Source: a virus
Reading direction: 5' to 3' (one strand)
IMG/VR virus record: IMGVR_UViG_3300031132_000323
Span: 3,113-67,112 of that record
Length of the DNA: 64,000 nt
Positions 1 to 9,500 of this stretch are shown here, piece by piece. The notes beneath the pieces are model-generated. The model did not search any database and was not told the origin of the DNA. It worked only from the letters and a program-made list of their open reading frames with translations. Made by a program: the position numbers and the translations under genes. Numbering within the stretch: position 1 is the first letter of the stretch; each line of letters starts with the position of its first letter.

Positions 1-16
1 CTGCCGCAGCGGGCAT

Positions 17-38
17 AAAAAACCCGCCGGAGCGGGTT
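17..38 (-). terminator. Intrinsic terminator after the tail-fibre genes
   Basis: Minus strand AACCCGC-TCCG-GCGGGTT followed by a T-tract. Confidence 0.75.
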
Positions 39-50
39 GGATGGGATGAG

Positions 51-281
51 TCAGCGGTATTCGGGCGGAAGCTGGGAGCGCGCCCGCTCGGCCTCGTACG
101 AGGCGCGGCAATGGTCCGGCTGCCAGAAAAAAAGCCCATCAACGATGGGCCTTAGGGTGTTGTATGGTCGATTTGCCCGCAGCCGCCAACAGCGCGCGCT
201 GATCGTCTCGTCGCTGTAGCCGCCCAGGATCGCATTGACCAGCTGGTCAAAGGCTACTGCCACCTCGCGCAACCGGCTCAT
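51..281 (-). CDS. Small conserved phage protein (FDQLVNAILGGYSDETISAR type)
   Basis: Likely start MSRLREV at 281, overlapping the upstream stop; motif common next to tail-fibre genes. Confidence 0.75.
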   Translation of the reverse strand: MSRLREVAVAFDQLVNAILGGYSDETISARCWRLRANRPYNTLRPIVDGLFFWQPDHCRASYEAERARSQLPPEYR

Positions 282-910
282 TCGGCTTCCTCCATCAAGT
301 TGGATAAATCGACAGCGAACCGCTGCACCCGCGCTGCCACCTCGATGGCGTCCGCGGCGTGGCGCACGTCCTCTTTGGCGGCCAACCGCATGTCGCGGAT
401 GTCGTCCAGCAGCTCGTACCAGCGGTCGGCCGTGGCGATGATGTCGTCGGCCGCAGCCTGCGCGGTCAACTCGTCGCGCCACTTCGCCGCGGCCCAGCCG
501 GCCACGTTGCGCGGCACCTCGCCGACCGGGTAGCCGGCCGCCTTGAAGGCGCGCGCCTGCGCTTCTGCCCGCTGGTATTCCGGCGTGTTGGTCTGCTTGG
601 CAATCACGGCCATTCGGGCGGTGTCGGCGGCGCTGTCGATGCGATCGATGGCGGCCGCCACCAAGTCATCAAGCGGCGCCCGCTCCACCCAGACCGGGCC
701 GGCGTCCGTCCACATGTATTCCGACGTGGGCGTGGGAGCCTCGCTCATCCGGAGCTGGCCTTGCCATGGCATCCAGATCACCTCGCTGGTTGGGAGCGGC
801 GGCGACCCAGTCAGCGGCCCGGTGTAGCCCTCTGGATCGGGCACGCCCATCGCGCCGTATTTGAATTCGATACGGCGGGTTGATGGCTGCACTGCAATGT
901 ACTGGGACAT
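278..910 (-). CDS. Putative tail fibre assembly/chaperone protein
   Basis: Directly downstream of the tail fibre; EYQRAEAQARAF...W motif typical of such proteins. Confidence 0.65.
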   Translation of the reverse strand: MSQYIAVQPSTRRIEFKYGAMGVPDPEGYTGPLTGSPPLPTSEVIWMPWQGQLRMSEAPTPTSEYMWTDAGPVWVERAPLDDLVAAAIDRIDSAADTARMAVIAKQTNTPEYQRAEAQARAFKAAGYPVGEVPRNVAGWAAAKWRDELTAQAAADDIIATADRWYELLDDIRDMRLAAKEDVRHAADAIEVAARVQRFAVDLSNLMEEAE

Positions 911-918
911 GGCTTTCC

Positions 919-3807
919 TTAGCTGGCGGTGACGGTGATGAGGCGCTGCGTGTTAACTGTGTTGCCGCCCTTGGTCGCTGCGCAGTTGACGTAGAAATCG
1001 CCCGCGTCACCCGCCAGCGCCGCCCCGCCCTTCATGTTGATGTGCAGCTGCATCCGATTGGTAGCGCTGTCCTGTACGAGCCAGCACGGCCACGGCCCGC
1101 TGACGGTCCAGTTGAAGGACGCGCCATCGTTGCCTGTGTCAATGGTTGCGATGTACAGCCCGGCATAAGCATCGGTGCTTAGTCGGTACAGCGTGTAGTT
1201 GTACTGGTTCTGGCTGTTGGTGATGCCGAGGCTGAAGGGCGACAGGACTGGGTTGATGATTACCGGGCTGTCCAGACGCAGCTGGCGGCCGCTATAGCTC
1301 AGGCCAGGCGCTTCAATGACCCCGTTCGACCCAATGCTAAAAAAGCCCGAGCTTGCGTCATTCCTGTTGCCGAATAACAAGCCGTTTGCATGGATCAGGA
1401 AGCCCGCGCCTGCGCTGGGCCAAGCCCATGAACCATCAAAATTCCCTGATGCGATGAACCCACCGGGAGCAATACGCAATGCCCCAAACGTACCATACGC
1501 GGCGTCCAGGCTGCCAGCGAAAACGGCATTGCCATTTGTGTCGAGAACAAACGTGTATTTGCTGCCGTTGTGTGTGAGGATGCCGTAGGGCGTGATAGCT
1601 ACGCCCTTGCCGCTGCCATAAAGTCCGCTGCTCGCGTCGTACATGAATGTTCCTACGACGACGCCGCCGCCGGTGGCGATGGTGATCGGCGCGCGCAGGA
1701 TATTGCTGGCGTTCGCAGCTAACTTATTAGGCAAGTCGTTATAGGCAAGTTGGCCAGCATACGCGTAGTCCGATACCGTTTGCGCGTCTCGATTACCTAC
1801 GTTCGTTCCGGCCGGCGCGCCAACAGTAGCGCCAGGCTGGAAGCGCGTGATTCGCGGTCGCGCTATAAATGCCTCTCCGAAGTTGCTGAAGGCATCCATC
1901 TGCACCCACGGCAAGGCATAAGCCGCATCGGACGGAACAACGGATTTACCCTTTACCGCAGTCCATCCTGTGCCTGGCGCAATCGTGGTGCCGCAAGGGT
2001 CCCAGATTTGGCGGGATGAGCCGTCAGCACGTTTATAGTCAAGGCCGAACGAAACGTTGCAGCTTGCCCCGCCGGCAGAAAGGTAGGCCGAGACGTAGAG
2101 CGTTTCACCAGGGACGACGCGGATGAGGCTGAGTTCTTCCGTATCACGCGCAGAAACCGACATTGCCCGCTTAAACGGCATACCTTGAACGGCCGCGGTC
2201 CAGCGCCCCGTCCAGAGTCCGATAGAGCTATCATCAAAATCGCTTTTGAGCCCGAGATTGAGGGCGTCGTCAGGCCTGCCGTCAACATTCTGATACTGGG
2301 CAGTGGTGGCCGCCGCCTGAATGCTTGGCACCAGCTCGGTATTTTTCGTGCCAGTTGCAGCATAGTCAGAAGCGAGCGCCGAGCCGGCTGCCAGGATGAC
2401 GTTGCCAGCGGCATCCTTGATGCTGAGCCCGCGCGTATCGATCTTGTCGGCTGCCACGGTATTCTTCACCAGCAGGCTGCCGTTGATGACCTGCGCCACC
2501 GAGATCCAGGCACTGCCGTTCCAGTACCGGGTGCTCGCGAAGCCGGCGGCTTGGTTGTAGAGCGTCACGACGTCCAGCATCTGCGGCACGCCGTAGCCGG
2601 TTTGCGCGATCGCTGCGGTGGCCTCGCTGTCCGACCACACGCTGCCGGCGGTGCCTGCCGAGATGTCGACTGTGCCGCGCTGGCCCGGCTGGCCCGGATT
2701 ACCCGGGACGCCTTGCCCGCCCTTGAATCTCGACCAGGTGTAGTCGGCCTTGTTGGTTGACTCGGTGGCGGTCACCTTGTTGACGGCAATTCCGATGTAC
2801 ACGGTCGAATCGGTTGGGACGTCGTACAGGCCGGTACCGTCCGGCACGTCGGCATACTTGATCCACGTATAGTAGGTCGTCCCGTCCTTGCCTGGTTGGC
2901 CCGGCACACCTTGCCCGCCCTGGTTCAGAGACCAGGTGTAGTCCGCCGGGTTCTCGCTCTCGACCGGCGTCGTCTTGTTGTAGGCGAAGCCGATGTAGGC
3001 CTTGTTCGTCGGGTCGTCACTCAGGCCGGCGCCGGCGGCTGAATCCCCGTACTTGATCCAGGTGTACAGCGCCGGCCCGGGCACCCCCTGATCGCCTTTG
3101 AACCGCGACCACACATAGTCAGCTGGATTGTTCGACTCGGTTGCCGTGGCCTTGTTGACCGAAATGCCAATGTAGAGCGTGTTCGCCGTGGGCAGCTCAT
3201 ACATGCCGTCGCCGTTTGGATAATCCGCGTATTTGATCCAGGTGTAGAGCTGCGCGCCGTCGTCCCCCTTCGGACCGGGCTGGCCATCCGTGCCCTTGAT
3301 GAGGGACCAGGTGTAATCGGAGCCGATGGTCGATTCGATCGGCGACGACTTGTTGTACGCCAGGCCGATGTAGGCTTTCCCGGTCGGGTCGTCGCTCAGT
3401 CCGGCGCCGGCCGCCGAGTCCGCGTACTTGATCCAGGTGTAGGTAGTCGAGCCGCCCACGCCGTCCTGCACTTTCGTGACCGTGCACGGCTTCGTATAGG
3501 TCCGGCCGTTCACGGTCGCGCTCGCGATGACGGTGACGCTCGATCCGGTCATCGCGGCGCCTACGACGGTGACCGACTTCGCGGTAGGGCTGCTCAGCGG
3601 CGCACCGGTGGCGTTGAACGTCAGCGGCGCATCCAGATCAATCAGCGTTGCCGTGAAGGTGATCGATTCTGGCGTGATCGAGCCGTCGGCATTTGCCTTG
3701 AACAGCGGCGCCGACGGCAGCAGCTGGATGTCTGCGGTCGGCAGGTTGACCGTGCGCGCCGCGGCGGCCTGCAGCGTCGTGTCGATGAAATTGACTACAG
3801 TAGCCAT
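919..3807 (-). CDS. Tail fibre / receptor-binding protein with YTWIKYAD repeats, collagen-like linkers and a CBM-like domain
   Basis: 962 aa; four YTWIKY(A/G)D repeats with GXY linkers; follows the tail-tip genes. Confidence 0.85.
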   Translation of the reverse strand: MATVVNFIDTTLQAAAARTVNLPTADIQLLPSAPLFKANADGSITPESITFTATLIDLDAPLTFNATGAPLSSPTAKSVTVVGAAMTGSSVTVIASATVNGRTYTKPCTVTKVQDGVGGSTTYTWIKYADSAAGAGLSDDPTGKAYIGLAYNKSSPIESTIGSDYTWSLIKGTDGQPGPKGDDGAQLYTWIKYADYPNGDGMYELPTANTLYIGISVNKATATESNNPADYVWSRFKGDQGVPGPALYTWIKYGDSAAGAGLSDDPTNKAYIGFAYNKTTPVESENPADYTWSLNQGGQGVPGQPGKDGTTYYTWIKYADVPDGTGLYDVPTDSTVYIGIAVNKVTATESTNKADYTWSRFKGGQGVPGNPGQPGQRGTVDISAGTAGSVWSDSEATAAIAQTGYGVPQMLDVVTLYNQAAGFASTRYWNGSAWISVAQVINGSLLVKNTVAADKIDTRGLSIKDAAGNVILAAGSALASDYAATGTKNTELVPSIQAAATTAQYQNVDGRPDDALNLGLKSDFDDSSIGLWTGRWTAAVQGMPFKRAMSVSARDTEELSLIRVVPGETLYVSAYLSAGGASCNVSFGLDYKRADGSSRQIWDPCGTTIAPGTGWTAVKGKSVVPSDAAYALPWVQMDAFSNFGEAFIARPRITRFQPGATVGAPAGTNVGNRDAQTVSDYAYAGQLAYNDLPNKLAANASNILRAPITIATGGGVVVGTFMYDASSGLYGSGKGVAITPYGILTHNGSKYTFVLDTNGNAVFAGSLDAAYGTFGALRIAPGGFIASGNFDGSWAWPSAGAGFLIHANGLLFGNRNDASSGFFSIGSNGVIEAPGLSYSGRQLRLDSPVIINPVLSPFSLGITNSQNQYNYTLYRLSTDAYAGLYIATIDTGNDGASFNWTVSGPWPCWLVQDSATNRMQLHINMKGGAALAGDAGDFYVNCAATKGGNTVNTQRLITVTAS
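2672..3447 (-). repeat. Four ~60-aa tandem repeats (A-B-A-B) in the tail fibre
   Basis: YTWIKYADSAAGAGLSDDPT-type and YTWIKYAD.P.G.G.Y..PT-type units alternate, each ending in GXY triplets. Confidence 0.9.
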
Positions 3808-3816
3808 GCAGCTCCT

Positions 3817-5136
3817 TCAGATTGACCGGACAGTAACTTTTGACCCGTACCGCTCAGCGGCCTGCAGCGCGATCTCAGAATCGCCCATGCGCTTCCCGAG
3901 AACGGTATGCGCACGCTCCGCCTCGAGATCAGGGTCGCCGGTGCGCACGCTCACGAAGATCGGGTATGCCCGGCTCGCGCGCAGGATGTTGGCCAGCCGC
4001 GTGCGGTCCGCCGGCGCCAGCGCGCTCATCTCGATCGAGATTTCTTTGCTTATCGTCGAGGCACGGCTCAGCAGGTCGCCGGCGGCGGTACTGTAATGCG
4101 TCGTCGCATCCACATCCGTCGCGGAGACAGACGTCAGCCCATAGGGCGGTGACCAGTACCGACCGATGACCAGTTTGGAAGCTTCGATGTAGCCCTGCAG
4201 GTTGTTCGTGTCGACCAGGTCGATGGCGAAGGCGCGGAATTGCGTCTCGGGGAACCATGCGCGCGCATAGGTGCCGCCACCGTAGGCGTAGGCGCTTGCC
4301 GACTGCGCCGCAGTCCAGCCCTCCAACTGGATCGCCGGCGCCGGGCACGCCAGCACGACGCCGGTGTCGCAGTCGTAGCTCTGCCAGGTATCGATGTAGC
4401 CTGCCGGCCGCACGCCCTGCGTTGCCCCGCTGGGGAAATATGAGGACAGCGCGCCGCTGTCGATCTGCGCGCCGAAGATGTGCACCACGTCGCCGGCGCT
4501 CGCCGAGTCAGGCGCATCAACGCGCACACGGTAGCTGCCGCCGGTGGACACGTTGCAGGTAGCGGCGTAGCGCACCCATCCGGCACCCAGCGGCCGGGCA
4601 TCCACCGCCGAGACGAAGCCGCCCAGCCCGCCGATGTTCCAGAACCAGACGTTCGGCGCCTTGCCTACGCTGCCGCCGACGCCCTTCAGGAAAATCGAGA
4701 AGGTGTATGTGCCGGGCGTCAGGGTCAGCGTCTTGTCGAAATACGGATCCGAGCCAGTCGCCGTGATGGCGAACGCGTTGTTCGAACCATCCGGCGCCGA
4801 GACGCCGCCAGACAGATTCAGGCCGACCTTTTCCCAACTGGAGTCGCCGAAGGCCTCGCTGTAGGTGATCAGGTTGGTTTTGCTCACCTCGTTCGACAGG
4901 CGCACGCGCATCGTGGTCGTCGGCGAGAAGTTGCCGAGCAGCGCCGCGCCGGACGCGAGCTCGGGCGCCGGCAGCGTGCCGCCGATCCGTGCCGCCGTGC
5001 CGGTGGCGCGCCAGACGTCGCTCTTCTTGTCCGAAACCAGGTTGGCGGCGACGAGCAGGCCGTCGGTGCTACTGGCAACCAGTCCAGGCGTGACACGGCG
5101 CGCCGCGTTGCTGGCGATGATCCTCAGATTTCCCAT
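3817..5136 (-). CDS. Minor tail protein (distal-tail-like) with inserted carbohydrate-binding-like domain
   Basis: Tail-tip position; internal TNLITYSEAF...GTYTFSIFLKG...W.RY...VHIFGAQID beta-sandwich insert. Confidence 0.65.
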   Translation of the reverse strand: MGNLRIIASNAARRVTPGLVASSTDGLLVAANLVSDKKSDVWRATGTAARIGGTLPAPELASGAALLGNFSPTTTMRVRLSNEVSKTNLITYSEAFGDSSWEKVGLNLSGGVSAPDGSNNAFAITATGSDPYFDKTLTLTPGTYTFSIFLKGVGGSVGKAPNVWFWNIGGLGGFVSAVDARPLGAGWVRYAATCNVSTGGSYRVRVDAPDSASAGDVVHIFGAQIDSGALSSYFPSGATQGVRPAGYIDTWQSYDCDTGVVLACPAPAIQLEGWTAAQSASAYAYGGGTYARAWFPETQFRAFAIDLVDTNNLQGYIEASKLVIGRYWSPPYGLTSVSATDVDATTHYSTAAGDLLSRASTISKEISIEMSALAPADRTRLANILRASRAYPIFVSVRTGDPDLEAERAHTVLGKRMGDSEIALQAAERYGSKVTVRSI

Positions 5137-5143
5137 GGGTTCC

Positions 5144-6598
5144 TTAAATCGTGACTTCCGCCGTGACGGCGTAGGTGCCGAAGTTCGTCGTCAGGCTGGT
5201 GACCAAGCTAGGCTTGCCGGCGCCCAGGCCGAAGCGGTCGCTGAATAAGTTGCGCGCCTCGCCCAGCTCGATCAGCATGCCGGCCGGCGTCAGCTGGACG
5301 CGGTACGTAGTGCGCGGCACCTTGACGATCGCCAGGCGCCGCTCGGCCTCTGCCCTCGCGTCGGCTGGCGTCAGCAGACAGGTGTCGATCGGCGCCGGGT
5401 CGGCGTACAGGCTGTATGCCGCCTGCGTCGCCGCGTCGACCGCGGTGTACGTCTGCCACTCGGTGGCGAACATCTGCTTGTGCTCGGCCGGCAGCGAGGT
5501 CTGGAGGTTCGACTGGACCGTGTAGTTGCGGCAAAACCGGATCTGCACCGCGGCGGCCACCGTCGACCGCGCGACCGGCACCAGCGAATCCTGGACCTGC
5601 ATCGACCGCGGAATGCTCAGCGTCGCCGAGGCCGGGATCGCATACTGGATCAGCCGAAGCTTGCCGAGCATCGACGGAATCACTTGGGCGCCCTTGCTCG
5701 ACGCCAGCTGCGCCGCCGCGGTCAGAACGTTGGTCCGGTCGAGGATGGCCAGGCCGACCGGTTGCGAGTTTGCGGCGTCGAAAGCAGCAAGGTTCGCTGC
5801 ATCCATGTCGCTCGCCGTCATGCGCGTCGACTCCTTGCCATACTGGGTGGCGAAGATCTGGATCAGCTGGGCGATCCGGTTGCGATAGATACCGCCGGTC
5901 TTGTCGCCTTGGGCGCTGCAGGTCACCGCGCCAGGCCCGACCGCGGTGTTGAAGGCGAACCGGCCGCTGGCCGGATCGTCCGTCACGTCTGGCGAGCGCT
6001 TCTTGCCGTCGGTGCGCGGCTCAATCACGCCCTCGGCGCCGGCCCAGTGGTAGTGCCATTGCCCGGTGACGCTGTCGTACTTCGGCGTCATGTTGGGCAC
6101 TTCGCCGAATGCGCCTGGCACCAGCGTGCCATCGGCGAACTTCGCCTCCGACAACGGGGTGTTCAGCCGCTGCAGTGCATCCCTGAACTTCAGGACCAGC
6201 GTCGTGCGGTCGGCGCCGTAGGCGATGTCCGCCAGGTTGCCGACGAAGGACAGGCGGAAATCCGTCTCATCCCACCGGGCATCGCCGACGTAGACCTCAA
6301 CCCGCTGGTTTGCCCACACATCGGTGAACCAGGAATCGAGCTCCCCGCCGACGTTCCAGACTTCGACGTCGCCGGCCGACAGCTTCGCATCCCCATCCAT
6401 CGAGATCGAACGGGAAATCTCCAGGTCCTTGGCGATGACCGCCGAGTAAGGCGCGGCCGCCGGCCCGGTGAAGTTCCGGTTCGACAGTCGCCTTGTGACC
6501 TGTGCGCCGCCGCTCACGCAGCCGACACGGTACAGGGTCACGCGCTGCGCGGTCGAGTCGTCGAGCCACGCAGCGTATTGCGCATCAGAGATTGTCAT
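5144..6598 (-). CDS. Minor tail / tail-tip protein
   Basis: 484 aa directly after the TMP with overlapping stop/start. Confidence 0.7.
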   Translation of the reverse strand: MTISDAQYAAWLDDSTAQRVTLYRVGCVSGGAQVTRRLSNRNFTGPAAAPYSAVIAKDLEISRSISMDGDAKLSAGDVEVWNVGGELDSWFTDVWANQRVEVYVGDARWDETDFRLSFVGNLADIAYGADRTTLVLKFRDALQRLNTPLSEAKFADGTLVPGAFGEVPNMTPKYDSVTGQWHYHWAGAEGVIEPRTDGKKRSPDVTDDPASGRFAFNTAVGPGAVTCSAQGDKTGGIYRNRIAQLIQIFATQYGKESTRMTASDMDAANLAAFDAANSQPVGLAILDRTNVLTAAAQLASSKGAQVIPSMLGKLRLIQYAIPASATLSIPRSMQVQDSLVPVARSTVAAAVQIRFCRNYTVQSNLQTSLPAEHKQMFATEWQTYTAVDAATQAAYSLYADPAPIDTCLLTPADARAEAERRLAIVKVPRTTYRVQLTPAGMLIELGEARNLFSDRFGLGAGKPSLVTSLTTNFGTYAVTAEVTI

Positions 6599-9500
6599 TC
6601 CAGGGTAACTTTCTGATTGCTGGCAATGACCCGCGCAAGCAGGCTCATCCCAGAAACGATGGTTTGTGCGTTCTGCTGCTGCGCCTCAGCGTTGGAGGCG
6701 ATCGCCTCGCCGGTCTGCGCCTGCTGGTCCTTCCGCAGGCCGGCAACCTCCTGCTGTTGCTTATCGCTGTTTTCCTTAAGCAACTTCACGGCGCTAGACA
6801 GGATCGACAGCGCATTGCTCAACACGAAACCCGATTGGATCGGTGCAGGACTGGTGTTCTGCGCGATCGCATCCAGGATCTTGTTGGTGGTGGTCAGCGA
6901 GCTGTTCACCGCCTGCATCGCCAGCGTCTGCGAGTTCATCGAATTCAGCTGGGCTTGCGCCGTGTCGATCTGCCCCGTCGCCCATGCTGCCGCGGCGGCT
7001 GCATCCTGCTGGCCTCGAGCAAAGTCAGCCTGATACTGCGTGTCGCCAGCGTTGAGCTTCTGTGAAGCCGTCAGCCAAGCCGTCAGGGCATCCGAAAACT
7101 TGCCCTGCGCCGTGGTGTCGCCACCCATCGCGGCCGCACGGATTTTCTCGTACTGGCCCTTCAGCTCCGCCTCTTGCTGCTCAGGCGTCAACACCGACAG
7201 GCTGCCGGTCGACAGGCTGTCGGACAGCGACCGGACCGAATCGCGGAAGGTCTTCAGGCTGCTCGACGTATCCGCCAGCTTCTGAGCCGTCTGCACCATG
7301 TCGAACAGCGGCCGGTTGGCCTCGGCAAGTGCATCCCGCTGCTTCTTCAGCAACTGCGTCGAGGTCATCGTCAGCTGGTCGAGCTGGTCTTGTAGGCCCG
7401 CCCGCTCCGACGCGATGTCCGATTCGGTCCGCGTCAGCGTCTCGGTGGCGGCGTGCACCTGGGCGAAGGCATCCGCCAGTTGCATCATCGACGTGAACTG
7501 CTTTGCCCCGGCCTCGGTGGTCAGATCCAGCGAAGCAACCACCCGCTTGAACTCGTCGCGCGTGGTGACCGATGCCAGACCCAGGCTCGACATCGCCTCG
7601 TCCACCGCCTTCTTCACCGGCGCCAGCTTTTCCTGTTCGGTCAGGTAGTTCTGGGCGTAGCTCGATGCCCACGACGTCAGGTTCGACGCGCTGCCAGCCA
7701 GATCGACCAGGCGCTCGCGCGTTGCTGCCGACGCCAGGCCGGCCGACCCGAATGCCTCCACCGCGGTCTTGCCCAGCAGCTGGGCCATCTGCGTAGTGGC
7801 GGTGAAGTCACTCGCCAGGCGCTCGAGCGTGCTGGAAGCCGTCTCGCCCGACTTCGTGAACTGGGCGATGTTCGGCACCAGCCGGGTAGCAAGCTCGTCG
7901 CCGACGCTGCTCAGCAGCTTGGTGACGCCCTCCTCGATCTTCCCGTCTTTGCCCAGCGCTATGTCGAACTGCTTGCTGTAGCTGGCGATCGAGCCGGCGT
8001 CAGCGCCGATGCTGGCCGCAAAGCTCGACGACACAGCCTTGATCTGGCTGAGACCGTTGGAGATCGCTGCCAGTGCGTCGGCCGAGAGCGACTTGCTGTC
8101 GGTGCCGTTTTTGTCGGACCGAAACCAGCCGCCATCTTGGTGGTACTTCGCATAGCTCGACGCAGTCAAGCCGCCAGCGGTGATACTGCCGCTGATGCCG
8201 GTATCGCCAATCTCCTTGCTGCCCATGCCGAAGGCGCGGTTGATCAGGCCGCCAATCGCACCACCGATCGCGCCGCCAATCGGGCCGCCGATGATCGCGC
8301 CGGCCACAGAGGCAATGTTGGTCACTGCCTGGCCGTGGTTGATGCTGTAGTCGCCAGCGATGGCGTTGCCGATGTAGTGGCCTGCCAGCGCGCCAGCGCC
8401 ACTCGACGCATACTCGCCCACGCTCGTCGCAAACGAGCCATTGCTGGCAATGTTCGGCGACAGCCCAGTCTTGTACAGGCCGGCCTGCACCGCATCGGCT
8501 ACCGACGTGCTCAGGGAATCGAAGCCGCCAGTGATGGCCTTGTACAAGCTGGATGCCGTTTGGGCCGCGCTGATTGCGCTCGACACGCCCGGAACACCGG
8601 CGGCAGCACCCGGAACACCGGTGCCGCTGAGCGTGTCGGCGACCGCCGGGCCTGAAATTGCGCCGGCCAAGCTGGCGACGATCTGCACAACGTATCGTTT
8701 GACAAAGGTCTGGTAGAGAGCATCCGCCAACGCGGTCTTAAGCGTGTTGCCGATCGACTTGGCGAACGACGACCACGCCGACTTCCCGCTGGTCAGCATG
8801 TCGCGGAAACCCTCCTGGAAGTTGTTGTCCAGGTTGTCGATCACGCCCTTCCAGCGGTCCAGCACCGGCTGCATCTGGCGATTAGCCATCCAGACGTCGA
8901 ACTGCTCCAGGATTTTCTTGCGGGCCTCCGATCCTTCCGCTGTGTTATTGATGAGGTATTGCCACTGCTCGGCGTCGATCTCCATGAGGCGGCGGGCGCG
9001 GAGGTCGGCGTCGGCGATGTACTCGGCCGAGAACTTGAGGTTGTCGCGACGGAGTTGGTTGGCGGCAGCAAGGGCGGCCAGTTCATTTTCGGCCTCGGCT
9101 CTATTTTCCTTGCTTACCTCAGCTCGCTTTCGAAGCGTCGCGATATCTTGCTCATTCAGCGGCTGATTAATCTTGATCTGAGCCGCGATTTGCTTGCGGA
9201 TATCAAGATCAATCTGAGCCTGCGCCGCATAGACCTTCCGCGCCTGATCGGACTGGCCAAACATTGCCAGCTCCTGCTCAACCGCATGACTTTGAGCCTC
9301 GATCGCGCGGTCCCAGCCCTCAACTAGGTTGTCAATGGCCTTGGTCTTGTTGCTGTTGTATTCGGCGATCTCGTTGTCGGCAGCCTGGATGATGTTGCGA
9401 CGCTTGATCATCGCAACCTGCAGGTCGCTCAGGTCTTTGTCGCGCTCCGACTTGTCTTCCTTGCCGGCGTCGATCTGGGCCTTCTTGCGAAGCAGGTTCA

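Noticed and set aside
919-3807. Diversity-generating retroelement or invertible tail-fibre switch
   Set aside because: No reverse transcriptase, invertase, TR/VR pair or inverted crossover sites seen in the window
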